This document shows positions 52,431 to 62,181 of a stretch of 64,000 bases of DNA, one piece after another. Source of the stretch: Eledone cirrhosa (lineage: Eukaryota). Position numbers and translations under genes: made by a program. The number at the start of each line of letters is the position of its first letter. Within the stretch, counting starts at the first letter, position 1. The stretch is taken from NCBI GenBank assembly GCA_964016885.1, contig OZ024745.1:2232001-2296000 (forward strand), given 5' to 3'. Under the pieces are notes generated by a model that was not told the origin of the DNA, did no database searches, and saw only the letters and a program-made list of their open reading frames with translations.

Positions 52431-55376
52431 AGCAGCCTCAAGGGGTTACTCGATCGATTCGACCTGGTCGATAGATTTAGACTAGATTGTCCAACTGCGC
52501 CAACCTGGACCTGGGCAAACCGCAGTGGACAATCTAGATCGTACCTAGATAGGTTTTTGGTTAGGAGTAAGGATAGGGACGTATTTAGTTGTCCAGAATT
52601 GATCATGGTTGGCTATTCAGATCACAAATTAGTGACCTGCGTGGTCAACCTTGATAGAACGCATAGACAGGGTCCCGGTTACTGGAAGATGAACTTGTCC
52701 TTGCCGGCAAAGAAAGATTACAGGAACCGGATTAGTAGCTTAGTTAAGATGCGGTTGACGGGAGCGATCGTCAACAGTAGGTGGTGGGTATCTCTAAAGA
52801 GAGAGATTAGAGTAAGTTCGATAGGTTACAGTAAGGAACTAGCGGCGAATAGGAAGGAAAGGGAGTTAACAGATAAACTAGAAGAGGCGATTAGGAGCGG
52901 AGACGTAGCCAGAGTGTTAGCGACGAGAACGGCGTTGAGCCAGTTCTTTGACGCGAAGCACGAAGGCTGCGTTGTCCGAAGTAAAATACGTGCTTTAGGA
53001 AACGAGGGGACCAAAGCTGTTAGCTGGGCCCGCGTGACAGAAGCCAAGAGTGGGATTAAATCCACCATTCGGTCTTTGCGAGACCAGGATGGACGGGTGA
53101 TCCTTGAACCTGAGCGGATGTGCGAGGCCTTTCAAAGGCACTTTGCTCGACTGTTCGGAGGGGGAGGGGGGCCGGACGGGGATGTGGACTTCGGTCCATA
53201 CCTCGACGGTCTACCGCGTCTTTCGAGCGGCGAAGCGGAGTGCTGCGAAAGGCCAATCACAGCCACTGAAATCGGGGAAGCGCTCAGCCAATGCAGCAGA
53301 CGCAAATCTCCGGGTCTCGATGGTCTACCATACGAACTTTATTTAGCTATGCCGGTCTTGTTCTCCGAACTCCTCGAGGCTGTCTATTGCAACTGGCAAC
53401 AGAACGGGGGAATTCCCTGTTCTGTGACCAAGGGCGTGGTCACGCTAGTGAGGAAGGACGAGAGCAAGGGGGACGACTTAAGTAACTTTAGGCCCATAAC
53501 TCTGCTGAATGCAGTGTTACAGATTTTGGCCAAGGTGTTGGCGAAGAGGTTGGCGCTTGTGGTGGGTGGTTTGGTTGGAGACGCGCAGACATGCGCTATC
53601 CCGTCCAGGTCCATTCACGACAACCTCCACCTCATGCGATACATCATAGAGTGGGTTGGCAACGAACCCGGCTTTGGTGGGGCCCTGATCAACTTGGATC
53701 AATCTAAGGCGTTCGATAGGGTCGACCATGGTTACCTGGATGCGGTGCTAGCGGCGGCGGGCTTCGGACCCGTTTTCAGGGGCTGGATTTCTGCCATGCA
53801 CAGTGGCAACATCTACTCTAGGATTAAAGTAAACGGCTACCTCTCGGAGCCGTTTCAAATCACCCGGTCCATCAGACAGGGATGCCCCCTCTCCTCCCTT
53901 CTGTACGTATTGACTCTCGAGCCACTGCTGCGGAAGTTGGAGTTGCTGCGGGGCATACCCCTGGAACCGGGATTGCACAAAGCGGTCTCGGCCTATGCCG
54001 ACGACGTAACAGTAATGGTGGCGGACGACTCGGAATTCGGGGCGATCGCCACCCTACTGGAGGAATACGAAAGGCTGACGGGGGCTAAGCTGAACCGGGA
54101 CAAGTCAGTCGGTTTGCAACTCGGAACGTGGAGGGGCAAACCGATGCCGTTAGACGGTGTCGTCGGGCGGTGGACGGAGGGCCCGGTGAAGCTGCTCGGG
54201 GTCTGGTTCGGACCGGACCTCCAGGTGGAGAAGAATTGGGGCGAGGTGACGAGCAGGGTGTTTGCGCTGACCCAGAAGTGGGCCAAGTGCAAACTATCAC
54301 TGAAAGGTCGGGCGGAGGTGACGAACGCTTACATAGCGTCCGTCATCTGCTACCGCCTGACCGTCGTGCCTTGCCCCAAGGAAAAGATCACCATCATGGA
54401 ACGCATGCTCTTCCAGTTCCTCTGGAAGAAGCGGCCTCCCATGATGAGGAGATCCATCTGCTGCCAGCACCCTTCGAAAGGAGGGCTGGGTATGCCGTGG
54501 CTGTTGATGCGTAGGCACGCATTGAGGCTACGGCATCTACAGGTATTCCTCACCGGTCAGCCGGTGTGGGCCCCGTTTGTGAGGCGAGCCTTCCCACAGC
54601 TCGTCTCGCTCACCGAGCTGCAATCCTGGGTGAAGCAAAGACCGAGAAAACTGGGCAACTGGTACACCGAGTGTGCCCAGGCGCTCACGGCTATCTGGCA
54701 AGCGGACCCGACTGTCAGTGGAGAATCCACCTCGACATTCTATAGAGGGCTGGTGGCTAGCAGGGGCGACGACACCCTTGGAGAGTCGCTAGGCATGGAG
54801 GAGGACGAACTGGCCAGCCTGTTCGGTAGAACTTTCGGCCCGGGACCCATGGACAACTTCCAGAGGTCCCTAGCCTGGCAGTGTTACCGGGGGGCTCTGC
54901 CCGTTCGAGAAAAGCTCTACAGACACGGGAGCCTGGGCAGGGATCCAGCGAAAAAGATCTGTCCCAGATGCGTGCGCGACGAGGAAACCGTTGCGCATGC
55001 ACTGGTACACTGCCCGGGCGTTGCCGATCTGTGGGGCTACGTCGAACGACTGCTGTCGCGTGTGGCGCCGATTCGATTAACCGCCGAGTCTGTGGTGAAC
55101 ATCAAGCCGCCTCCTCCCTTCAGAAATGAAGCAGAGGCGGTCTTTCTGTGCGTAATAGCCATGATGAAAGAGGTTGTGTGGTGGACGCGCCTGAAAGGTC
55201 TGAGGTCGGGTGACTTTCTCTCCGGCCATCACCTGGTTTACTTCTTCCGATACCACTTCGGAAGAAGGATCAGGATGGAGAGAGAAGTGCTTGGCCCCAG
55301 ACAGTTTTATGAAAGGTGGGTGAAAGAAGCGAGAATGGCTCGTGTAAATGGGCCTTCTCTCTACATTGTTCTGTAG
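52383..55376 (+). CDS. ORF2 remainder: C-terminal APE, reverse transcriptase and C-terminal zinc finger (997 aa open; the annotated ATG is not the true start)
   Basis: SYLDRFLV, YSDHKLV, GPGYWKMN (APE end typical of L1/Tx1). KSPGLDGLPYE, FRPITLLN, LDQSKAFDRVDH, IRQGCPLS, YADD (RT). CPRC...ETVAHALVHC (zinc finger). Confidence 0.96.
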   Translation: MRVGTMQGHVPIEGGCSSLKGLLDRFDLVDRFRLDCPTAPTWTWANRSGQSRSYLDRFLVRSKDRDVFSCPELIMVGYSDHKLVTCVVNLDRTHRQGPGYWKMNLSLPAKKDYRNRISSLVKMRLTGAIVNSRWWVSLKREIRVSSIGYSKELAANRKERELTDKLEEAIRSGDVARVLATRTALSQFFDAKHEGCVVRSKIRALGNEGTKAVSWARVTEAKSGIKSTIRSLRDQDGRVILEPERMCEAFQRHFARLFGGGGGPDGDVDFGPYLDGLPRLSSGEAECCERPITATEIGEALSQCSRRKSPGLDGLPYELYLAMPVLFSELLEAVYCNWQQNGGIPCSVTKGVVTLVRKDESKGDDLSNFRPITLLNAVLQILAKVLAKRLALVVGGLVGDAQTCAIPSRSIHDNLHLMRYIIEWVGNEPGFGGALINLDQSKAFDRVDHGYLDAVLAAAGFGPVFRGWISAMHSGNIYSRIKVNGYLSEPFQITRSIRQGCPLSSLLYVLTLEPLLRKLELLRGIPLEPGLHKAVSAYADDVTVMVADDSEFGAIATLLEEYERLTGAKLNRDKSVGLQLGTWRGKPMPLDGVVGRWTEGPVKLLGVWFGPDLQVEKNWGEVTSRVFALTQKWAKCKLSLKGRAEVTNAYIASVICYRLTVVPCPKEKITIMERMLFQFLWKKRPPMMRRSICCQHPSKGGLGMPWLLMRRHALRLRHLQVFLTGQPVWAPFVRRAFPQLVSLTELQSWVKQRPRKLGNWYTECAQALTAIWQADPTVSGESTSTFYRGLVASRGDDTLGESLGMEEDELASLFGRTFGPGPMDNFQRSLAWQCYRGALPVREKLYRHGSLGRDPAKKICPRCVRDEETVAHALVHCPGVADLWGYVERLLSRVAPIRLTAESVVNIKPPPPFRNEAEAVFLCVIAMMKEVVWWTRLKGLRSGDFLSGHHLVYFFRYHFGRRIRMEREVLGPRQFYERWVKEARMARVNGPSLYIVL

Positions 55377-55589
55377 ATGAAGAAGTGAAGAGGAAAGGGG
55401 TAGCGCTTCCTCTCTGGGCTTCCCCCGCGAAAAGGGTTGCACACTTTTCGGGGGTATGTGCAATCCCCAACACTCCCTTTTGAGGACTTTTTATTATTAT
55501 ATTATTATTGTTATTCCTTTTTTTCTTTACTCGATTTATGTAAACTCCCCCGCTGTGTATTTGACCCCTTCTTTTGTGCCCTCGTGGCA

Positions 55590-55595
55590 AATAAA
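55590..55595 (+). promoter_or_regulatory. Polyadenylation-signal-like AATAAA at the element 3' end
   Basis: AATAAA lies 5 nt upstream of the terminal (ATCT)n tract. Confidence 0.55.
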
Positions 55596-56040
55596 TAGAA
55601 ATCTATCTATCTATCTATCTATCTATCTATTTATGTAATGTTTTCCATTCTGTACAGTGTACGGTCTTCCTACTCGACCTCTGCTTTCCAAACGATTTTT
55701 ATTTTATTTTCAGGTTTACCCCCCACCCCTACACTGGGGTTAATTTCCCCCTAAAACTTCTTTTAACTAAATTTAGGCCTTGCAAGGTCTAACTTTAGGA
55801 TTTTTTGTGCGTGGTTTACTCAGACAAAAAGACGCAGTTTCCAGGATGTTGTAGGGTTTTGGAGACTGACGGAATAGATACAGCTGATGTTCTACCAGAA
55901 CATCCTTGTCTAAGTTGACGTCTTCGGGGGAAATATTGGTGACAATGGAATTCCATGGGAATGATGACAGGAAATGAAAGATGGTAAACCAGTCAACCTA
56001 CCATGTTATAACTAAATTGTTTCTTGTATTGGTAACATAT

Positions 56041-56211
56041 AATTGTTTCTACTTCTTGGCACAAGGCCAGCACATATCTAGTGAATTACTGGTACTTTAT
56101 TTTATCGACCCCGTAAGGATGAAAGGCAAAGTTAACCTCAGCGGGATTTGAACTCAGAATGGCAAGGGCCGTAACTCTATGCGTCAAAGCATGGCGTCCG
56201 ACCCTCTCAAC
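56041..56211 (-). mobile_element. tRNA-derived SINE, family A copy
   Basis: Reverse complement of the 60427-60616 copy. Contains the B-box complement GGATTTGAAC and the shared core GGATGAAAGGCAAAGTTAACCTC. Confidence 0.85.
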
Positions 56212-56228
56212 TGTTAGGTTTGGGTTAT

Positions 56229-56507
56229 ATCACTGGTACTCTGTCGGTTACGACGACGAGTGTCCCAGTTGATCCGATCAACAGAACAGACTGCTCGTGA
56301 AATTAGCGTGCAAGTGGCTGAGCATTCCACAGACATGCGTAGCCTTAACCAAATTCTCAGGAAGATTCACCGTGACAGAAAATGTGGCTAGGCTGGCCAT
56401 TCGAAATACAGGTACAACTCATTTTTGCCAGCTGGGAATCGAACTCACAACCTTACGATTGTTAGCCAAATACCCTAACCCTAACCCTAACCACAAAGCC
56501 AGGTGCC
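56229..56507 (-). mobile_element. Second tRNA-headed SINE-like repeat (family B), probably internally deleted
   Basis: B-box complement GGAATCGAAC at ~56435 followed by a tRNA-like head. The body (GTTGATCCGATCAAC...CAAGTGGCTGAGCA...ACAACTCATTTTTGCCAGCTG) resembles an abundant octopus repeat as I recall it, not verified by search. Confidence 0.65.
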
Positions 56508-57107
56508 TTCACATTTCAATTATAAATACGATAGAAAACTTCTTGTGAGAAATTTGGTTGCTACACTGGGTTCCATTAAAGAGGAAAATGTCTTGAAAGT
56601 TAGAAATGGGAGCAGATGTTATTTTTGAGAGAAAATATAGAATATTGCCAAGACTAAGTCATGTCTCATTATATGTTGCTGTAGAGAATATCTCTTGCAT
56701 AAATCTCTCTTCTTTTATAAAATAATTAACAATTAACAAATATCAGTTTTCATTATTTATTTTTAATCGGCCAATTCATCAATGTTTGCATATTAACAAA
56801 ACAAAAAAAACGAAAATGAAAGAAAAATAATAAAATTAAATAGCGAGAGTAAGGTGGGGGAGCGTCAGATTCTACAAGGAGGGGAATATCAGCTGACCGC
56901 CCCTCTCGCCCCGTTGAGGGTATAACTGCAGAGAACACAGGAGTTCACCGACCACTTCATTTTCGTGTCTGTTGCCGTCAGGATTACTAGGGTCTTCGGT
57001 CGCCGAACTGACGCTTTACATCCGTAAAATCAGGAGGAGTGCAGCCCGCCATTCTGTGAGGTGGAGCAGCTGAGCTACCAGTTATTTTAACTCGTATTTT
57101 CTTTACA

Positions 57108-57156
57108 ATCATAGACAGCTTCTATTTCAAATGTTTTGTCTCCTCTTCAGTGTGAT
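57108..57156 (-). ncRNA. Degenerate type I hammerhead ribozyme motif
   Basis: The - strand reads ATCACA-CTGAAGA-GGAGACAAAACATTT-GAA-ATAG AAG CTGT-C-TATGAT. The core boxes and GUC site are present and stem I pairs 5 of 6, but stem II is poorly paired. Confidence 0.45.
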
Positions 57157-57508
57157 ACTATTTCAGTGTGATACTGTTTCAGTTCGACGAAACCTGGGAA
57201 TAAACTCTAGAAAGAATTAAGGATTTTGTTTTTAAAAGTGAATAAAAAAAATTTCAATGTGTCATTGAAAGGCTAATAATATTGAAAAGGATTTCTTTTT
57301 TTTCTGGAAATATTTAACAAGTATTTGCTGAAAATGTTAGTATTTTTTTTATATATATGTTTATATTCACTGGCTCTGTTGAATTGATATAATAAACTAC
57401 CATGTTTTTCAACCGTTCATTACTCTCTATTGTCCCATTTTCCCTTAGAAGTCGACTTCAAATACTTCCTTGTTCTAGAAGTCACTGTCTATGAACTACA
57501 CACCATAC

Positions 57509-57666
57509 AGCAGCGAATTGGCAGAGTCGTTAGAATGTCGGATAGAATAATTTGTGATATTCCTTCCTGCTCTCGACTCCCTCTCAATTTCAAACGCCGC
57601 CAGGGTCATTTTTGCCGTTCACCCTTTTAAGTTCGATAAATAAGGTACCAGTGAAATAATGGGATC

Positions 57667-57670
<4 letters not shown>
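57509..57670 (+). mobile_element. Older, diverged SINE family A-related copy
   Basis: TTGGCAGAGTCGTTAG A-box-like head, a decayed B box, and TTTGCCGTTCACCCTT...TCGATAAATAAGGTACCAGT matching the family core. Confidence 0.65.

Positions 57671-57742
<72 letters not shown>
57671..57742. repeat. (CT)n microsatellite
   Basis: Pure CT run of ~36 units. Confidence 0.98.
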
Positions 57743-57744
<2 letters not shown>

Positions 57745-57999
57745 ATTTCTTTGGAAGAAATCGGCTGTGTTCCGACCTGGAGAGGAAATGGTCTCCGCCA
57801 AGTCATGAATGCTCAGAACACGCTGTATGTCAGGACGGCGCCCCCTACAACTCCTTTACCATCAACTCAGATCAAACAACAAACATCAAAACTGATTAAG
57901 CAATACTATTCTAGGTGGACGATTTCAAATACTTTGGCACCCACAACAACTCAGCAAATGAAATAAACCACAGGATGGCCAGACATGTTCTGTTGTGAA

Positions 58000-58382
58000 C
58001 TAGACAAAGTGTGGAAATTTAGACAAAGTGTGGAAATCTAGATAAAGTGTGGAAATCTAGGTGAAGAGTTGAAATCTAGATAAAGAGTGGAAATCTAGAT
58101 AAAGTGTGGAAATCTAGATATAGTGTGGAAATCTAGATATAGTGTGGAAATCTAGATATAGTGTGGAAATCTAGATATAGTGTGGAAATCTAGATATAGT
58201 GTGGAAATCTAGGTGAAGAGTTGAAATCTAGATAAAGAGTGGAAATCTAGATATAGTGTGGAAATCTAGATATAGTGTTGAAATCTAGATATAGTGTTGA
58301 AATCTAGATATAGTGTGGAAATCTAGGTAAAGAGTGGAAATCTAGATAAAGAGTGGAAATCTAGATATAGTGTGGAAATCTA
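58000..58382. repeat. 19-bp minisatellite, consensus CTAGATA(T/A)AGTGTGGAAAT, ~20 copies
   Basis: Direct tandem units with period 19. Most junctions contain TCTAGA. Confidence 0.97.
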
Positions 58383-59384
58383 ACATAACTACTTTACCGT
58401 GTATATACTATAAACTCACTTGTACAGTCTTGATAACTAATTCAGAGTTTAGTTTTCTATATATAAACATGCCGTTTAGTTTAAATACAAAGTATTTATC
58501 TAAAGAGAAAGTATTATAGGTGGGCTATGTACCACTAATAGCAATATTTTCGTTTTTCCTTTCTTTTTCGTTTCTTTTTTTTTAGTATCAACTCTATTTA
58601 CTTATGTTTGTCTATATAAAAAAAAAACATTAAACTATAATTACAAGATTTAGGATGGAAACAGAAAACAAAGGAACGAACGAGAAAGTAAAAAAGAAAG
58701 TAAAAATAAATAAATTTTATAGAAAATAGAAATCATTTAAAAGATGGTTAGAGGAAGATTCCACTGCAGGAAATACCGAATAAACGAGAGTGAAATTTAG
58801 TTGATCAGATACTGTTGAAGATTTATGTTAAGATTCTATAAATGAGGAAAATGATGACAGAAAGACTCATGAAGTTGACTCTCATCTTGATATTTACTAA
58901 GTTACCAGTCTTTATTACAAATGTTCCGCTACTTTTTACTCTAATGTCTTTTACTTTGTCATATCTTCTCGCTAAATCTCGTATTTGTACGAGAACAGGT
59001 GATGATGGTTGTTGTTTAACAAAGAACTGTTCTGGTACTTTTTACTGTAATGTCTTTTAAGTCGTTCCCTATCTTTTCACTGAATCTGGAATATATACAA
59101 GGACTGGCTGTGGTTGCTGTCGTGATACTGTTGTTTTTATTGTTTAACCCAAGGTGAAACCTGATCGAGCGGATACATGATCATAGACATACCAGCCGTG
59201 ACCGTTCCATGGGTGTACAAAACTGTAAAACTATATTATCTGAAGTGTTATTTCATGATTTCAGATGGATGGTTATGATGACTTGAAAGGCGTTTAACTG
59301 CTATTTTTAGCAGGTCTAGAAACATCCGTTTATTGTTGGTGTAATTTGACACTAGGCTGAGGGCGTCGTTTAGGGATAGAATCA

Positions 59385-59590
59385 GTAGAGCGTTGGACAA
59401 CATGGTTTGCTGGACATCGTCCAGAGATTCTTTCCTGGGATATTCTAACCACAGGCACATAGTATCGGAGCTGTGATCTCTCGAAGAAGTAGCGGCTCTA
59501 CATGGACTGACTCTATGGAGGAACCCTATTTCGGGATCATTACCCAAGATTCATTACTGTTGAGATACTGGGAATGAAGCAAGCAAGGGA
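59385..59590 (+). pseudogene. Possible heavily decayed RTE-like LINE 3' coding remnant
   Basis: Reads ERWTTWFAGH...YMD*L..GT with multiple stops. This loosely resembles the FAGH...Y.D.L..DTG C-terminus of RTE ORFs. Confidence 0.3.
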
Positions 59591-59824
59591 GACAACTTCT
59601 ATAAACTGAGCTGATTCAATTCTTCTGTATCCGCGATCGTATTCATGTTTGTTAAGAAAATATATTTCTTAAGTATTTACCATCTCTGAATAGACAACTG
59701 TTAGGAGGAGTTGGTATTTGTTGGGAAGAATGACACTGGTGTCCAGGTTGTTGAGTTAATGTCAACTAAGGTGAACAACCTACCTTAAAGCAGATAACTA
59801 AACCTCATTTTTCCTTTTGTACAG

Positions 59825-59920
59825 CTATTTAAAGTCTGTCTCTCTCTCTCTCTCTCACTATTTAAAGTCTGTGTGACTGTCTCTGTCTCTCTCTCTCACT
59901 ATTTAAAGTCTGTGTGACTG

Positions 59921-59956
<36 letters not shown>

Positions 59957-60110
59957 GCTATTTAAAGTCTGACTGTCTATATGTCTCTCTCTCGCTCTTT
60001 CTTGTTCTCTCTTATCCTTTCTCCTTCTTTATTTCCCTCTCTCTATTTTTAACACTTTCTCTCCCCTCTCTCTATCTCTCCCCGTCTCTCTCTCTCTCCC
60101 ACTCTCTCTA
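59825..60110. repeat. Compound CT-rich repeat with four CTATTTAAAGTCTG units
   Basis: The 14-mer occurs at 59825, 59858, 59899 and 59958, separated by variable (CT)n, followed by a degenerate pyrimidine tract. Confidence 0.9.
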
Positions 60111-60426
60111 TGATATTTCCTATAAAGAAAATTTCATTTCTAACAAAGATCCAATGTTTCATCATTACAATTGACATAACAACAATAATAAAGAGTTCAA
60201 TATTGAATTTAAGACACAGACCTATTCTTCCATATTTCATTCACAAACACATATTTTCGTAGTTTTGCTTCCATCTTGACTTTAAAGAATACCAGTTAGA
60301 TATTTACTTTGTCTTCCCTAGCCCCTCCCCAGTGTATTGAAATATTTAGTAAAATAACCACCGGGTTGAAAATCTGCGGTGAAACGCGTATCCTTGAGTA
60401 TAGTTTGCTTCCATTAATATATCCAT

Positions 60427-60616
60427 GGCGGTGGATTGGCAGTATTGGTAGAGAGTCGGACGCCATGCTTGCCAGCATAGTTACGTCCCTTTACGGTCTG
60501 AGTTCAAATCCCGGCGAGGTTAACTTTGCCTTTCATCCTTACAGGGTCGATAAAATAAAGTACCAGTAATACACTGGGGTAATTGCTGGCCTTGTGCCAA
60601 CAGTAGAAACAATTAA
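60427..60616 (+). mobile_element. tRNA-derived SINE, family A, near-complete copy with Pol III boxes
   Basis: A box TGGCAGTATTGG (60437-60448), B box GTTCAAATCC (60502-60511), body shared with other copies in the window, and 3' end GTAGAAACAATTA. Confidence 0.88.
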
Positions 60617-60688
60617 TATATCCACTCTACATCTTACCATGTATTGAGTACTTCTTTGATTTGTGGTCTTCCCGGTCCCAGTACCACA

Positions 60689-60691
<3 letters not shown>

Positions 60692-60722
<31 letters not shown>
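60692..60722. repeat. (TA)n microsatellite
   Basis: Pure TA run. Confidence 0.97.
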
Positions 60723-60726
<4 letters not shown>

Positions 60727-61063
60727 ATATAGAAATTAATGTGAGCAAGAAGCCAACAGTATTTCATAATATATATAATATATATAATATATATATAAAA
60801 GAGAGATAAACATAGATATATAAATATATGTGTTCAAATCGTCTTTTAAATTGAGTCTGGCAAACCGCATTGTCCATAGTTAGTAATTTTTTCACCCTAG
60901 CGAATCTGGTCCCTTACGATTTGAACACATGTTTATATATCTGTGTTTATCTCTCTTTTATATTCAACTATATTACACGACCCGGAACATTTTTTTTTTC
61001 CTTGAGCTATTTAATTGTAAGAGACTATTTTGAGTTTCTAACTCAATATATACCTTTGATATC

Positions 61064-61128
61064 TAATAATTGTTTCTACTTTTGGCACAAGGCCAGCAAT
61101 TATCCCAGTGTATTACTGGTACTTTATT
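61064..61128 (-). mobile_element. 3' fragment of SINE family A
   Basis: TAATAATTGTTTCTACTTTTGGCACAAGGCCAGCAATTATCCCAGTGTATTACTGGTACTTTATT is the reverse complement of the 3' ~65 nt of the 60427-60616 copy. Confidence 0.85.
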
Positions 61129-61156
61129 ATATACTTTGATATATAATAATAATAAT

Positions 61157-61849
61157 CAGTGGTTGGCATCCTCTGGACTGAAATCAGAGACTGAAGGACT
61201 GATTATATCAGCACAAGATCAGTGTCTGCCAACAAAAAATTACCAAGCCAACATAACAAAAAATGGATGCAACCCATTATGCCGTGTGTGTAAAAAACAA
61301 CCAGAGACCATTGATCATATAATTTCAATGTGCAGTCCTATAGCTCCAACCGAATACCTAAACAAGCATGACAGAGCTGCACAATACATACAATGGATAA
61401 TGTGTAAGCATTTTAACCTGCCCCATCAAAAGAATTGGTGGGAGCAGCATCAACCACCTCCCATACTTGAAAAAGATCACATCTCAATCTTGTGGAACTT
61501 TAGCATCCAAACAGACCGAAAAATAGATGCAAATAGACCTGATATAATACTGAAGGACTTTAAAAAGAGGGTATGCCTGCTAATTGATATGTCCGTTCCA
61601 ATAGACAAGAATGTATCTATAAAAACATTTGAAAAATTGAGCAAGTATAAGGACCTGGAGATAGAAATTGGAAAAATGTGGAAACTGAGAACTAAAACAA
61701 TACCAGTGGTTGTAGGCGCTCTAGGAATGATACCTAAGGGGTCTAATGATTACTTATCGCAAATCCCAGGAAACCCGCGTATAGGAGAAATACAAAAGAT
61801 AGTACTAATGGGTACTGCCCATATACTAAGGAAGATTCTGTCAATTTAA
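61157..61849 (+). pseudogene. C-terminal CCHC zinc finger plus PD-(D/E)xK-type RLE domain (open frame, no RT)
   Basis: ETEGLIISAQDQ, CRVCKKQPETIDHIISMC, KHD, LWNFSIQTD, NRPDII, IDMSVP, EKLSKYKDL, IPVVVGALG. The first ~29 aa of the ORF-track call (from 61070) are SINE/flank read-in. Confidence 0.9.
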
Positions 61850-61990
61850 GTACATCACAAGTCTACACACCTAAAGATGCATGTGTGTGTATGTATGTTC
61901 TTTCTTGAACATGGCGGACCTTGTTGTCTCTTGACGTCACTGGTTGTGACATGGTGATAACTCGTATGAACATAAAGCAAGATAAATGCA
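61157..61990 (+). mobile_element. 5'-truncated R4/Dong-clade (restriction-like endonuclease) non-LTR retrotransposon
   Basis: The coding remnant and a ~140-nt 3' UTR are bracketed by an identical ATAATAATAATAAT (61143-61156 and 61991-62004). Confidence 0.88.
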
Positions 61991-62004
61991 ATAATAATAA
62001 TAAT

Positions 62005-62181
62005 TGTTTCTACTTTAGGCACAAGGCCAGCAGTTACCCAGTGCATTACTGGTACTTTATTTTTATCGAACCCCGTAAGGATGAAAGGCAAAGTCAACCT
62101 CGGCGGGATTTGAACTCAGATCGTAAAGGGACGTAACTATGCTGGAAAGCATGGCGTCCGACCCTCTAACGATACTGCCAA
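62005..62181 (-). mobile_element. SINE family A copy with (ATT)n tail
   Basis: B-box complement GGATTTGAAC at 62106-62115 and A-box complement near 62170-62181. AAT repeats on both flanks. Confidence 0.88.

Larger units (their letters stand above)
49872..55630 (+). mobile_element. Apparently full-length Tx1/L1-clade non-LTR retrotransposon (~5.7 kb), disrupted copy
   Basis: ~200-nt 5' UTR, ORF1 with a CCHC knuckle, ORF2 with APE, RT and a C-terminal zinc finger, 3' UTR with AATAAA (55590-55595) and an (ATCT)n end (55601-55630). CTATCTATCTATCT lies immediately 5' (49858-49871). Confidence 0.92.

Noticed and set aside
50010-55590. Numerous antisense and alternate-frame ORFs over the LINE (e.g. 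50955-51644, 53993-54292, 54128-54514)
   Set aside because: Shadow ORFs of biased-composition ORF1 and GC-rich ORF2, with no recognisable motifs.
56473-56490. (CCCTAA)3 as an interstitial telomere
   Set aside because: Only three units, lying inside a SINE tRNA-like head where a single CCCTAACC is expected. Local slippage is the simpler explanation.
58700-58900. Acidic stretch reminiscent of a piggyBac transposase N-terminus
   Set aside because: Interrupted by stops, with no catalytic domain, TIR or TTAA-bounded ends that I could identify.
58000-59975. CRISPR-like arrays (19-bp repeat; 14-mer with spacers)
   Set aside because: The 19-mers are head-to-tail without spacers, the 14-mer spacers are (CT)n, there are no cas genes, and the context is eukaryotic.
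60427-60520. tRNA gene
   Set aside because: A and B boxes are present but too widely spaced, with no cloverleaf. The sequence continues into a body repeated elsewhere in the window, so it is a SINE head.
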